DNA of 64,000 nt from Convolutriloba macropyga (lineage: Eukaryota), in contig NC_134468.1 of assembly GCF_964194025.1 (NCBI RefSeq), forward strand, positions 46,128,001-46,192,000, written 5' to 3'. This document shows, piece by piece, positions 10,828 to 25,498 of the stretch. The notes under the pieces were generated by a model, which made no database searches, was not told the origin of the DNA, and saw only the letters and a program-made list of their open reading frames with translations. Each line of letters starts with the position of its first letter. Positions within the stretch are counted from its first letter, which is position 1. The translations under genes were made by a program, and so were the position numbers.

Positions 10828-12949
10828 CCCGGGTCGAAGCCGAATGGTTATCTTGTAAGAACTTGCAAGTTTCTGGCAGAAACTTACAAGGCGATGCATC
10901 GCCTTGCAAGTTTTTCTTCCAAAAACTTGCAAGTTCTTACAAGTTAACCATTCGACTTGCAAGGCTCTTACAAGTTAACCATTCGACTTACAAAGCTCTT
11001 ACAAGTTAACCATTCGACTTACAAGGCTCTTACAAGTTAACCGATCGACTTACAAAATACTTACAAGTTAACCATTCGCACACACACCACACCACACACA
11101 CACCACACACGCACACACACGCACGCACACACACACATACACGCACACATACACACGCACATACACACGCATACACACACATACGCACTAAACAGTAAAT
11201 AAAACGTTTTAAGACATGAATGTAAACGGATGTTTGGAAAAAATAGAATCTGGAAAAGCGTGAATTAAATTATGAAAAAAAGGTATAAAAATGAAGGGCC
11301 ACTAAATTATTTTGTGAAAATACTGACAAATGATTTTGGAAATTCAATCAAAGTCAATTTTTTGGAAATTTTTTTAGAAAAGCAATCGTGAAGAAGCTAA
11401 TTGAGATCTACAGTTTTTTAATGGAATTGCAGAATGAACTCTTCTGAATTGATAAAATTCAAAAAGTAACCATTTTGTCTACTTAGGTCGAATTGTATTA
11501 TGTTATCCATAAATTTTCTTTTATGTTATCATAAAAATTTTCATCATTCAAATAGTGAAAAAGCCATCCCCCGAAAGATATAGACCAAACCAAACCACTC
11601 AAACACTGCACACATCCACACACACAAAACTATTTTATTGTCAACAACTTTTGAAATTAAGAGAATTTTTCCAGCTTATCGATTCATCTTGCAAAATTCT
11701 TGCAAGCTTTTCGATTCATCTTGCAAGATGAATCGAAAAGCTTGCAAGACTAATAGAAAAGCTTGCAAAAATCTTGCAAGCTTTTCGATTCAAATGCTGG
11801 GGAAAGGGGGCCAACGTAGAAAGGGTGCAGATTGTTGCAGCAGTAAATTTGTCTTAGCTTTTGCATGAGCATTTTTAGCTTCTTTGAAGACTAGAGCCGG
11901 TGCATTACTGTGCTCCATAAGGAGCATACCCTGACCTAGCCGCCAAAAAAACGAAGACCCTAAATAGCTAATACTAATGCGCGAAGGGGTCACAAACAAG
12001 GGCGGGGGTTATCGCGCTGCGCGAAGGGGTCACAAACAAGGGCGAGGGTTATCGCGCTGTAGAAAGAAACAGACAAACATATATATAAACATCAAGAGAC
12101 ACAAGAAAGGGGGCACTGAGAGGGGTGGGGGTTCGAGCGAAACGAAACGAGCGCTAAAGGAGCGAGCGCAAAGCAACCGAAACAGAAAAGAGCGACCGTG
12201 AAAGCGAGCGATCGAAAAACGAAAGAGACATCAATAGCTATCAACTGAAGGAATCAAATAGGTTCACTTAAATCTAATTAGGAAGATAATTGGACCTAAC
12301 AATGATCATATTATTCGTTATGACTGCAAAAAAATCCTCAATTACCGATAGGATCAGTAAGAAAATATTCCAACTGGTTGTTTTTTTTAAATGATTTGTT
12401 TGAGTAAAAAATGAGAGAAAGAGTGAAAGTTTATGTTGTCGTCGTTTTCCAGAATAGGTTAATTAATCTTAAAAACGACGGATTTGGTTGGCTCAAGATG
12501 TCTCTAGTTATTTGCCGAAAAGTTGTTGTTGAATTGAAAATCTTGCAAGAAACTTGCAAGATTCTTTGAAGATTTCACATTCAAAACGCGTTTGCGAAAA
12601 AAGTCATTTTTAGTCAGTTCTGCTGGTCAAAAATTCTGATATCAGTGAATTCATTTGGTTTTCATTTAGTTTTAGCTACCAAAAATACAAAAATAAATTT
12701 TCCAGAATTCAAAAACTTGCAAGATTCTTGCAAGATTTTTAATCCGGGCTAAAAATTTTTTATTGAAATCGGTTTTGTAATTTGTTCAATACAGAATAAT
12801 TTGCTTCAAAGACGTTTTCTAAAACATTTGTAACCTGATTTATTTTTTTTGCCTTGATTGATATCTTGCAAGATTCTTGCAAGATTCTTGCAAGTTTTGA
12901 ATCAGCTTGCAAGATTCTTGCAAGTTGTAAATTCACTCATCACTAGGGG
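10828..12949. mobile_element. CCC...GGG MITE-like (CMC/EnSpm-like) element(s) with CTTGCAAG subterminal repeats
   Basis: Starts cccgggtcga and ends cactagggg. Dense CTTGCAAG/CTTACAAG palindromes at both ends, with a 31-bp tandem repeat at ~10935-11078. Probably compound. A related end occurs at ~23820-23959. Confidence 0.5.
11079..11187. repeat. Imperfect (CA)n/(CACG)n microsatellite
   Basis: cacacacaccacaccacacacacaccacacacgcacacacacgcacgcac... Confidence 0.9.
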
Positions 12950-12954
12950 TGTGC

Positions 12955-13088
12955 TTAAATATCTGCTATATAGGACTCGGGGCGCTAGTGAAAAAGATGC
13001 CAGACTCTCTCTCGTCCAATGCCTCAACATCTTAAAAAGACGTCTCTCATGGCTACAGCAGGGAGAGTTAGACGAATTAGTTAACTAA
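12955..13088 (+). mobile_element. Possible CRE-like non-LTR retrotransposon fragment
   Basis: LLYRTRGASEKDAR...ILKRRLSWLQQGELDELV resembles the RRLxxWxxGxxxEL motif upstream of CRE-type RTs; short and unverified. Confidence 0.3.
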
Positions 13089-13212
13089 TATACCTAACAG
13101 GGCATGGAATAGTATTTTAGGTCAAGTTAATCAAGTTTCAGTAAATCATTTTCTTGAATTCTTTATGGTAAAACGAGTGCACCAACTGTCCGTTAAGGAA
13201 TGAATGGGGGTC

Positions 13213-13826
<614 letters not shown>

Positions 13827-14664
13827 TTTAAGTTCTCGTTTCGCTTAAGTGCGTCACCCCATTCCCCCTGAAATGTGTCCAAATTCTGTGTTGCTATATA
13901 GCAGAATAGACTGAATTGTACAGGCACGTAACCAGCTTTTCGGACAAATTTTTGCCTGTGATTTTCAAAAATTTCAGTAAAGTATTTTATTATGAAATTT
14001 CCATGATTCATTGACGAATTGACAAATGATTTTTTATGACTCATCAATGAGTTTTTAGTTTTGATGAATTTTCTCTGGGCCATCGATGGAATAGTAATTA
14101 TTATGAAATAACGATGATGCATCGATGAAAAGCTATGGGACTCCAACCGGGCTTTTAATCAATCAGTTTGGGCCTATCGCTATATCTATCGTAGAGAGCT
14201 GTGAGTGGGATCACTAGAACACCAGCCAAGCGTAGACTATATGATTCAAGCATTTTCCAAAGATTTCCCGTTTTTGCAGGGCTTAACGAGGTTTAACACT
14301 GCGATTTTTTTGACCCTTATCGTCCCTTTTGGTCACTTTTTCATTTTTTGCTCAATTAGCATACTATTCTCGAGATTTCCTTTTTTTAGTAGCAATGAAG
14401 TGATAACATGGCTATAATTGGTCTCATCGTGGTTTTTCAGAAAAAAAGCATTTATTTTGAATACAACATTTTTAAGTTATCTGGTTTTGCATTTTTCCTC
14501 GCTACTTTTTAGCAAAGATCACAAACGAAAATGCAAAAAAAGAAGGCAATAGACTAACAAACTAATTCTGGATATGTAATAGTCGAAAATTAATTTGGTG
14601 AAAATCTGAAATTTTTTTGTGTTTTGTTTTTATAGTTGGATTTTGTAATTATTGTATCAGTTAC

Positions 14665-14933
14665 TAAATCTCTTAAACTGTTTTTCCCATCAACCAGCAA
14701 TTGCACTCTAGTTGGCGAAACAGATGCTGACTGGAGTGGAGACGTAAATGATAGAAGATCATCCACAGGATACTATTTCAAGCTGGGAGACAATGGGGGA
14801 TCTATTGCAATCTAAAATTTATTTTATTGTCTCTAACGTCTTTTGAGATTAAACAGCTTCAATCTCTAACTTGCAAAAACTCATCTCGCCTCGTCGGGGT
14901 TGTTGCGCTACAGTGTTCATAATCCTGCTAACA
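14665..14933 (+). mobile_element. Copia 3' fragment plus LTR (LTR ~14803-14933), tandem with downstream element
   Basis: Near-duplicate of 17181-17448 (DADWSGDVNDRRSTTGY + gggggatc + ~130-bp repeat ending CTAACA). Confidence 0.8.
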
Positions 14934-17448
14934 GGTTATGGGCACAGTGAGTCCATCAAGTATAGGTGGCAACATATATGCAATTAGTTTCATAGATAAA
15001 TTCAGTGGCTACGCAGTAGTAAAATTTATGAAATACAAAACGCAAGCATTGCAAACTTTCAATTAGTATGTTGCACAAAATGGCCGACCAAAAGTTTTGC
15101 GAACTTATAATGGGACAGAATACAAAAACAAAGCCTCTAAAAAAATTTGCCTAAGCAAAGAATTATCTCGTGAATACACCGTTCCTGAAACACCCGAGAA
15201 AAATGGTGTGGCAGAACGTGTTAATACAACCGTAGTAGAGGCTCCAAGATGCCTTCTAAAAGATTCAATTTTGCCAAAAAGCTATTGCGTTCGAGCTGTA
15301 GATACAGCATGTTATGCTAGTAATTTAGTTGTCAAAGACAAAAGCACAAAGTCAGCCTTTGAAAAATTTTTCGGTAGAAAACCGAGAAGCGACCATCTGA
15401 AAATATTTCGTTGTGTAGCCTATTCAAAAAATCGTGATGACAGTAAAAAATCAAATTCGATCCAAAAGCAACAAAGTGCCTATTCATTGGTTACTCTGAT
15501 AACTCAACAGCTTATTTGTTGCAAAACATAAAAACTAGACAAATTTTCACTTCTAGAAACGTTAGGTTCAATGAAAACAATCTACTAGGTTTTCATAATG
15601 GAACCGAAGATACAGAGGACAGCTTTCTATATCTAGAATAAGACGAAGTAACAGAAGAACTCCAGGATACAAAAAACTTAAGTGAGTTAAGTGCAGAGGT
15701 TGAGTCAACCGAAACATAGAGTGTTCAGGAAAGTGAAAACAATACAGAAACTGAAGTTGAACAAGAAACTAAAGAAGAGAGACCTAGTCCTAGTGTCAAA
15801 CCAAAATTCAAAATTTTTGTACAGTTTAATCCAAAAGTCGCAGTGAAAAACATAGAAAGACAGCCTTCAAAAAATCCTGTACTTGTCAAAAATCCACAAT
15901 GAAAAAAGCAAAACCACCCTCAAGACTGCAAATGATAGTTAAACTAGGTCAAATAGCGATTCCTTCTGGAGACCAAAAAACTTCCCAACTTTGGTCAGAG
16001 TACGATGAAAGGAAAAGATTGAGAAAGGAAGCAGCACAAGATGAAGAACTTGAGCGAATTGTTCGGTCCATAGCACCTCCGGAACGCTTTGGTAAAAGCT
16101 ATTCTCATGCTGTTTAAAGCACAAAAACAAAAAATTTCGTCGAGTTCGAATACTTCGAAAACGCTATGAATTCGGAACAAAAAGACAAATGGCTTGAAGT
16201 AATGAAAACAGAGATAAAAAGTCTATATGAAACAGAAACTTGGGACTTAGTTCCAGGAGAAAAAGGACAAATTTTTATTCCTGGACAATAGGTGTACAAA
16301 ATTAAATATGACGCAAACGGAAATATCGATATATTCAAAGCTCGTTATGTAGCAAAGTGTTTTAAGCAAATTGAGTGAATTGAATATTCGGATACTTTTG
16401 CTCCCACAAGCAAACCTGAAACCTTTGAAATTCTACTAGCTTTATCAGCTATCGAAAACTTCTTATTAAAACAAATGGACGTAAAAGCAGCTTTTTTGCA
16501 TCCTAAAATAGACGAACAAGTCTATCTAGAGAAACCAAAATTTTTTGAAAAGTTAGACAGCAATGACAACAATTTAGTTTCTGAACTAAAAAAAAATCAA
16601 TATATGGACTGTAACAAGCAGCCGAAAATTGGTATCAGGAGCTTTCAACTTTTTTATTTCAGCAAGGTTTTGGGAGAAGTAAAATTGATTACTGTCTTTT
16701 TCTGAAAAACAAAGAAGATGAAAAATTATTTGTTCTAACTTGGATTGATGACATAGTCATAGCAAGAAATAGTCAAACAGAGATCAACAAAAAGAAAAGT
16801 TCACTAGAATCAAAGTTTAAAATGGACGACAGAGGAGATCTTGAATAGTTTCTTGCAATGCGAATTCTAAAAACAGAAAAAGGAATAACTTTAGATCAAG
16901 AAAAATACGCTCAAAATATGTTAGAACAGTTCTATATGCAAGACTGCAAACCAAACAAAACACCAGCAGAAAAATACCTAAAACTCGAAATAGCTCAAGA
17001 CGATTCAGCAAGAGTAGATTCACATGAGTTTAGAATTCTAGTAAGTTCACTATTTTACATAGCTAAGCAAACTAGAACATATATCATGTGGATCACAAAT
17101 GTTTTATCGCGTTTCATGAATGACCCAACTGTTGAGCATTTCAATGCTGGCAAGCGCTTGTTGCGATACCTACAACATAATAAATCTCTTAGACTGTTTT
17201 TCCCATCAACCAGCAACTGCAATCTAGTTGGCGAAACAGATGCTGACTGGAGTGGAGACGTAAATGATAGAAGATCGACCACAGGATACTATTTCAAGCT
17301 GGGAGACAGTGGGGGATCTATTGCAATCTAAAATTTATCTTTTTCTCTCTAGTGTCATTTGAGATTAACAGCTTCATTCTCTAACTTGCCAAAACTCGTC
17401 CCGCATCATCGGGGTTGTTCCGCAACAGTGTTCGTAATCCTGCTAACA
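14803..17448 (+). mobile_element. Internally deleted, decayed Ty1/copia LTR retrotransposon (integrase-RT only)
   Basis: ~130-bp LTRs (14803-14933, 17319-17448). PBS GGTTATGGGCACAG at 14934, like the copia tRNA-Met-fragment PBS. Integrase motifs FIDKFS, RTYNGTEY, PEKNGVAER; RT motifs KARYVA, QMDVKAAFL, WIDD, DADWSGD. Many stops and frameshifts. Confidence 0.9.
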
Positions 17449-17712
17449 GATTTCTGTCGTTTTTTTCTCGAATATTTGTTCTTTGTAATTGTCGTGTTTT
17501 CCAAAGATGTTGTTTATTTTTTAGCGATTGTTTTTACTATTTGATAATCAATTGGTTGGTTCAGTCTTTTGATGAGTTCAAAAGGCAAACATGAATTATA
17601 TCACCCATGATTTACCTCGAGATTGTTTGGTTTGGCTGAACTCTATTTAATTTGATCTGATGCATATTGATTTGATCTGATGAAAGAGGTTGAAGAGAAA
17701 AGAGTTCTTCTT

Positions 17713-18152
17713 ATTAATTGCTCTCAAACGGAGTTTGTAGCAATTATATTAGTCCTGTCGGTCTTTTGTCTTTTTAGGCGATTTTCGCGTGACCGGTTTT
17801 TTGTCAGACGCTTTTGACTTTTCGACCTCAAAAACGGGATAAACAGGTAGCGGCCAGCAGGAATTAAGTGCTCTTAGTGCCTTTCATCTCAATAGTTTTC
17901 AAGCATGCAATGCACAGAATCTGTTTTGGAGACTTATACTTATGATGCGAAGGGCGGTCCTTAGAGATTGATTCCTCGTCAAGGTTGCCACCACAACAAC
18001 CCCCTGGTGCACCACCATCCCCACCCCGATGCGATCACTTACGCCCCTTCAATTAAGATAAAGCTAACCTCATTAAACTGTGCCTAGCTACTGACGAAGC
18101 CAACCTCTCGTCGGTCGTTTGAGAGCAATTCGCCCGACGTTATTCGGTTATG
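17713..18152 (+). mobile_element. Helentron-associated non-autonomous element (HINE/DINE-1-like)
   Basis: 5' AATTGCTCTCAAAC and subterminal inverted GTTTGAGAGCAATT, followed by a short stem-loop (ccgacgttattcgg) and a T-rich flank. Confidence 0.6.
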
Positions 18153-19495
18153 TTTGACTTATGCGCTCACTTATAATTCCCAATTGAGAAATTAAATCTA
18201 ATTGAAACTGAATAGAAAACAAAATATTTTCCATAGCATATCATAAAAATGTGGGTAAATAAATTTCATAATGTTTTTTTTTGAAACATGTAAATTACTC
18301 AGACTATAACCCTAAGGTTAGATATCTACATGCTCTAAAATGTTAAATAAATTAATCAGCATTGTTATTAATATAGTAATCTTCAAATTGTGGCTGTTCG
18401 TTTTTATAGGTAAAAATAGGATTTGAAGGCTCCTATTTGTCTATTAACGGGTACTTTCCTGTGTTGATCGAGCAAAAACTCGGTTAAAACATTTTTAAAG
18501 CAAGTTTTACTGTTAAAAGTTCTTATTGAAGAGGGCAATTTGTTCCATTTTTGAACGCTTTTAAGATTAAAGATTTGTTATTCCACTTCGTTTTCGTTTT
18601 CTTTTTTATAATAATTTGATTTGTCCTGTTGTTCTGTCTGGCGTTATGGCGACTAGTAAACATTTTAAAATTTTCGGATGTTTCCCATTGTTTTATATCT
18701 GTTTGTAGCTTCATTAGGCTAACTTTTGAGACAAACAATTCGGCTGGTAGGATACGATCCTTAATGAGAAGATCAATGGAGTGAATTCCACAGAGATAAA
18801 TGTAATTGAATTCCACAGAAGGCGTTGCTAATTTGCGCGGCCTTGCAACCAGTTATACACCTAATAAAGCTTGCAACCAGTTGTAATAAGAATAAAGCAT
18901 GGCTAACACTAGTTTTCAAATTTGATTTAATAATCTGAAAAACGTCTTACTTACTTCATATTTTTTATCTGAAGGATATTTTGGCAATCATTCTTATTTG
19001 AATCTTGGTTACATAAATTACTTCTATCCTCTAAAATATTTTTAACTCCTTTGATATGCACTTTTTTTATTATTTAAAAAGATATTGCATTCTCGAACCG
19101 TGAGTCCATAAAAACGGAATTGAGTTACAGTCAAACGCGGAATTCAAGCTTCGAAGTTTGTATCATGGGCTCCCCAATTCTTAAATTTATCAATTTTGCG
19201 GAATTCCATTATCATCATTATCATTGTTCAAAATAACCTCGCTTTTGATTGTAACCCAATTCCGGTCTTCCTTTGCGGTGTAATACTTAAAAACTGTCAA
19301 CTATATGGTTGTTTTGATCACTTCTTTTGTTTTTTTTTACAAATAGTTTATTTGGAACTCAAAGATGTATGTAAGATCCAGTTTTTAATGCCAGTTTTCA
19401 GCAATTGTTCGAAGTAATGTAAAAGTGTTTCAAAACTTATTTGATTTATTGTTAAAACTAGTCAAAGGATTTTTTCAGAAATCGTTATCGTTTTT

Positions 19496-21325
19496 ATTAA
19501 TTGCTCTCAAACGAAGTTTGTAGCAATTATATTAGTCCTGTCGGTCTTTTTTATGCGATTTTTCGCTTGACCGATTTTTCGTCTGACGCTTTTGACTTTT
19601 TGTCCTCAAAAAACGGGATAAACAGGTAGCGCCCAGAGGGCATTAAGTGCTCTTAGAGCCTGTCAGCTCTGTTTCAGCTCAATGTATTTAGGAGACTTTT
19701 ACTTATACTTATGGTGTGATGGGCGATTCTTAGAGGTTGAAGACACCCCCACTGTTGACCCCCATTGCCGCCCACCACAGTGTTGCCCCCACCCCAAATC
19801 TGCCCCGGTGCACCTCCCTCCCCCCCCCCCCCCCCCACCTCCGTGGCTAGCTACTGACGAACAACCGCTTGCTAAAAACGCAAATTTATTTTTTGCAATT
19901 TTTTTCAAGCTTTTTGAAAAATTTTAATATTTTTTGATTTTAATAGTCCTAGGTGTCAAAGAACCTCCTTTAGGGTTTGATAATAGGTTACGGCATTGTT
20001 TCTAGTGGTAATTGAATGGTTTCAACATTTTAACGTCACGAATTTAAGCAATTTTTTGACAAAACGTGCAATTTTTTCAATTTTTTTTTGATATTTTTTT
20101 TCTTTATTCAGGTCTTTTCAGACCCAGGGGCCAGCAAACATCCTCAGGGAGTTGATAGAAAGTTTTTGAAAAAATTTTAATGGCCATGAAACAGCTTTTC
20201 AAAATTTTAATGTCACAAAATTTAGCAATTTTTTGATAACACTTGATTTTTTTGAATTTTTTTTTGTTTTTTAGATTTTTTGAGCCTCAAGAGCCAAGGA
20301 ACCTCCTCTAGGGTTTGAAAATACGTTACTGAATATTTTTTTTACATTAAATGGAAAAACTTGCAACATTTTAACATCACGAATTTCAGCATAATTTTGA
20401 TATTTTTAGCCATTTTTTTCTTTGCAATTTTTGACATTTATGCTCATTATTCAGTTTTTTTGAAACTTTGAAGATTAGAAATCCTCCATTAGGGTTTGAT
20501 AATAAGTTACTGGAAAATTTTTGTTGGTCATGGATTAATTTTAACCTTTTTAATATCACAAGTTACAGCAATTTATTTTTGTAAAACTTGATAATATATT
20601 ACTGCATAGTTCAGATATGCAATGGAATGTTCTTCAAGATTTTAAAATCATGAATTTAAGCATTTTTTTAAAATATTTGCAATTTTTTATTTTTTTGATC
20701 TTTTTCCGGCAACAGAGGCCCTCGAACCTGCTCCAAAAATTGATAATAAGGTGCTGCATAGTTTTCTAGAGTTAACGGATTGGTAATCAATTTTTTTATG
20801 ACTCCAGTTTTAGTAATTTTTGGGATAAAATTAACAATTTTTTCAAATTTTTGGAAAATTTTTATTGTGTTTGAAGTGTATGGATCTTTATGAGCCTGTA
20901 AAACATTTTCTGGCGTGATACAGGGATACCGGATAGTCTCTTGAGACAATCAATGAATTGGTTCTTAAGATTTCAATGTCTTGCGTAATGTCATCATCTT
21001 CTTTGCGTAATGTCATCATCTCTGATCCCTATTGTCAATGAGTTATAGTTGAAATGCTTTTTATCATAACTGATATAACAAACACTTTTTAAGAAACCCT
21101 TGTTAATTGCTCTCAAAGGCAATTTGTAGCAAATTTACCAACTCTGTTTGTCTTTTATCTAATTTTTCGCTCGGCCGATTTTTCATCCGACTCATTTGAC
21201 TTTCGTCTTCAGAAACGGGATAACGATGTAGTGCCCCGAGGTCACTAAACCGTGGCTAGCTGTTGACGAAGACAACCAATCGCCGGTCGTTTGAGAGCAA
21301 TTCGCCCGACGTTAGTCGGTTATGT
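19496..21325 (+). mobile_element. Two further HINE-like copies (5' part 19496-19862; complete short copy 21103-21325) flanking internally repetitive DNA
   Basis: Same TTAATTGCTCTCAAA start and gctagcta/gttgacgaa core; 21289-21322 has GTTTGAGAGCAATT plus ccgacgttagtcgg hairpin. Confidence 0.55.
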
Positions 21326-22043
21326 TTGCTATTAGTGTTTGTTTTGAAGGAGATTGGCATATTAAACTTGGTGAGAAGCCACATTTGAGATAGATTAGGA
21401 ATTGGAGCTGCTAGATAGCCCACTTGATACATTCAGCGTCAAGTTCTTGGCACTTTGTCTATTGTAAGATCTTGTGAAGGTTTGTTTTCATGGTATTTGT
21501 TGAGAGATCTTATGATGAAAAAAAACTAATTTCCGGGAGCGCCAAAATGCGTTCAATTTCGAACAGATGTTGAAGTTTTCTTGCCAAGAGTTTTATAAAG
21601 ATTTTATTCCTTATAAACAATTTTTACCTATAAACAGATGAAGCGTAGTCGTTAATTACTCATGCACAGAGATCATTTAGGCGGTAATTATTTATTGCCA
21701 GATAAAATTTATTCGTTATTTACTCATGTGAATAGGGTTATCAGTAAAACTTTTTCATGCTCGTAAGATGTAAATGTTTTTCTGTAATTTGTTAAAAGTG
21801 ACATGATCATAGCAATGGTAAGCCGAAAAAACAGACTGCTATTTTTAATGATTCAGCGCTGATTTCTGCTGTAAACAAAGTACGGGCCTTCACTGCCTCG
21901 GTTAAAGCCTTAATAATGCGGATGTTTTAATCATGGATAAATCAGTCAGTCCAAAGTTAAAGCGCGAGCTAAATTTGTCATGGAATCAGAAGTAAATTCT
22001 TATACCTCAATTGCCAGCATTTTTCCTTTAGTTTTTGCTTCAG

Positions 22044-22450
22044 TGGTCAACGTGTACTTCATTGGATCCAGCTGTGAAATGAGCTGCCGTCTACAATCAA
22101 TATTGACAAGCAAGCTCATGTACTCAATGGGACTCAAGCCATGTCCAGTGAAACGCGTGAACAAGAAGTCGAATATCAAATGTGGCTCAACCTTGCGACG
22201 AATCAACACACTTCCAAGTTCTTCCTACCGAGGTGTTGATTTCAAGCCTGCATTTAATTCAGATGCAATTTCTGATCGACATCTTGCAGAGGCCAGAAAA
22301 TTGGTTTCGCAGGACGAAATCGACAATGATAATGAAAATCTGGCACTTTTATGGAAGTACTGCGCACTAGTTCTAGATCGAGTGTTTCTAATTGGACATG
22401 TAGCAATTTGCATGACTGTTCTCATTTATTTCTTCCTTAGGTTTTATTAA
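22044..22450 (+). CDS. nAChR-like terminal exon: intracellular loop, MA helix, M4, stop
   Basis: cttcag|TG gives VVNVYF in frame after M3; ends WKYCALVLDRVFLIGHVAICMTVLIYFFLRFY* (W-x-x-x-A-x-V-L-D-R M4 motif). Confidence 0.9.
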
Positions 22451-24717
22451 AGGCCTCGGGCAGAATTCATGTGAAACTGTTATCGGCGATGCAGCAAGGT
22501 GTCGATTTTCGCTCTCGATTTTTCAGATTTCGTAGAAACGGGCTTTATTATTTTTTCATTTTCCACTCGGATCTATTCTTTTTTGGCTCCCCCCCGCGCC
22601 CCCAGCATAGTGGGCGGATATCTTTTACTCCCCCCAGGCGCGCGTGCTATTTTTTATATAGTAACGTGCTATCTAACAACATATAATTTGTAACTGGGGC
22701 GTAAAAAACATTGGAGGGGCGAAACAGAATAGATCCTTTCACTCTTTGCGCAACATCCGTCAACTGCAGACTGCAGAAAACTTTCAGGAATTTGCTTTAT
22801 TTTGAAAGTTCTTAAAATCAATAAAAACGAAAGTGATCTTACTCTTGCGGGTCGAGAATATTTATGCTTCGAGTTGTGATAATTTTTGGGCAACATTTTC
22901 AGCTGATCTTCTGTAAGGAGATTTGTACTCTTGATAAGACGATCGCCAAAGACAGTGAACAACTCGTTTATCTATCCGACAGAATCAAATGAAGCTGCCT
23001 CTATAGATTAACGTAACATACCCTTGAGTTATAAAAAAATCCTGCTGTGTAGTATTTCACTTAGAGTTACTCATGCAATTATGTAGTGTTAAATGCATGG
23101 AAAATTAATTTAATATTTAATATTTTGATTTACAATATATTATATATGAGTAAATTTTGATCATTATCGTCACAGATTTTGCTTTGAACAACTAGTTGTC
23201 TCACATTTGCATCGAGCAATTCTCTATTATTGATTTCTTCAACGATTTTTTTACTACAACGATTAAATTCAAATAGCCACAATCTTAAAGCACAAGTTTG
23301 GCAAAAACAGAAAATTTTGTTTTAACTGCTAATTAGTTCCACAAAACACTTTTTTTCATGAATACTTATTTTCCGGTTGTTAGTTTTCTCAGTTTACTCC
23401 TTTCTTAAAAAATGCCTGCTTTTTAAAATTCTCAAAATTCCGAAAAATTGCATTGTCTTCGTAAGAAAGTCCTGTGTCAGATTATTAATGCGTTTGACAA
23501 CGTGTTGTGTTGGAGTCGATGGTTTTTGTGGACATGCATTGCGCACTAGAATTTAAAAAAAACGCATTACGAAAACGAGTAAACCCCGCAATAGATAAGT
23601 CAGTTGCCATCAATTTTAATACTACCATTACTGACGGTTATTATTGTCAAAACTTAATGCCCAGGTTGAAATGACAAAATTAAAAAAAAGTTTCTCAGCT
23701 TCGGTCACATTGCTTTATGTTATACAAACTGAGCAACTAATTCCCACGTGTTTTCTACGAAAAGTGATAGAATAATAGTTTGAGTCAAACAATTAGAGTT
23801 GAGCTCGACCGGAACGAACTCACAAAAAGTTACAAATTGGTCATTCGACTTTGAAATTCCTGCATGTTAACCATTCGCCTCTTAAGTTCTTACAAGTTAA
23901 CCTTTTTTTGCACGACACTTGCCAGTTCTTGCAACTTAACCATTCGCTCGCGACCCGGGTAGCCAAAAACATCAAAATAGTGGCAACTTTTAAAATGATA
24001 CAATCATAGCTATAACTTAAGTTCAATTATTATTAGCTCATGCCATTGGCAAATTGATGTCCAAATTTGCTAACCAAATAATTATCATGCACATGAAAAA
24101 ATATCAGCTCAATAGATATATTACCAGAAAAACGTTCTCGGATTTTTAGTTTAAAGTAATTTTCAATATATAAGGCTGTACCCACTATTGTTTCCAATAA
24201 GCATAATACAGCAATGAGTCTTTGTTTGATTCAAAGAATGAAAAAACTATACTCTTAGCGTCCTACACAAACATTTGAAGCTTTTTTTGAAAATAAAGAG
24301 AAACAACAACCGAGAGATTTTGTTGAATTCCAAAAACCAAATAGGCATGAACCATTTTTTGTAGAATTTTGCGCTGGATCAGAGATTTTGCATTTTTTTT
24401 GGTTGTTTAATTTTTAGTTATATTTCTGATTGGAGGAAACTTTTACGAGCTCAATTACAAATACTGTCTAACTTGTAATTAGACTTTCATCTAAGTGCAG
24501 TTGTAATTATAAAACGAGAAGGCAAAGTTTTGTTAACAAAATTTTCTATTGTTTCATTTATCTCTATTTTGCGCAGAAGTCTGGTTTTCTTAATTGTTCT
24601 CTTTTATTTCATTTTTTTTTCGAAAACGTAGCTCCACAGACTTCTAGCGTTTCTTGTCAGAAAACTTTGAATTTTGACCAATAGTCTTACCAATCAGCTT
24701 CAACAATCTCATTGCTT

Positions 24718-25498
24718 CCGGGTTTCTAATTATACAAAATTCTTAGTAGTCCTACTAGGTCATATATGTTTCCTTGTATGATACTAGGTCATACATGAAT
24801 TTAAAGAACTCTTGGCAGCTGTACAAGAATCATGTACGATTTCCTGAAAATGATACAGGAATACACAAAAAATTTCAATGCCTGAAAAGGGATAAATTTC
24901 ATTTTCTATAGAAAATGAGGAAATTTCTTGGAAATCATTATTTTCATTTGTGACACAAAAAACATTGAAGTTTTCACAAATTCTCGTTTAATGTTGTCAG
25001 AGGACATATTAGATTATTGTATCGCATTTGCAACCCCAATTTGATTCTCTTTGTACACTAAGAGAGAACTTTGCAATTTGAACATATTCACAAAATGAAC
25101 TTGAGTAATAAGCATTTTCTTTAATGTTTCTGATAAATGAGCATTTATGGGTATTAACTGAAAACTTTAGCTATCCATTTGGAATTACTTTTTTCTACAG
25201 TGCTCAACTTTGCAAACGATGTTGTACCTTAAGGTTATTTGGCGGATCACAAACTGATGCCGGGTTTTCATATAGGTGATAACTTACCGAATAAAATAAC
25301 GTGAATGGTAAAACGATTTAAGAAAAATAGATATATAATTCTTGGTATCATACTAGGTTAATATATGTTTTCTTGGTAGTCATACAAAGATCATGTATGA
25401 TTTTTCAATATTCGTACAATGATCGTCCTTGGAAATACGTCATTAATTGTATGACATCATACGTGATATTTGTATGACTACTAGGAGTGACGACCCGG
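24718..25498. mobile_element. MITE-like element with CCGGG termini and GTATGA/TCATAC subrepeats
   Basis: ccgggtttctaa...gacgacccgg ends with repeated catatatg/gtatga motifs near both ends. Confidence 0.35.

Noticed and set aside
10935-11078. 31-bp repeats (also 21-bp repeats at 51140-51270) as a possible CRISPR array
   Set aside because: Head-to-tail with no unique spacers, no cas genes, eukaryotic context.
11979-12058. 40-bp direct repeat and basic ORF 11977-12201
   Set aside because: Simple two-copy duplication within repeat DNA; ORF is low-complexity.
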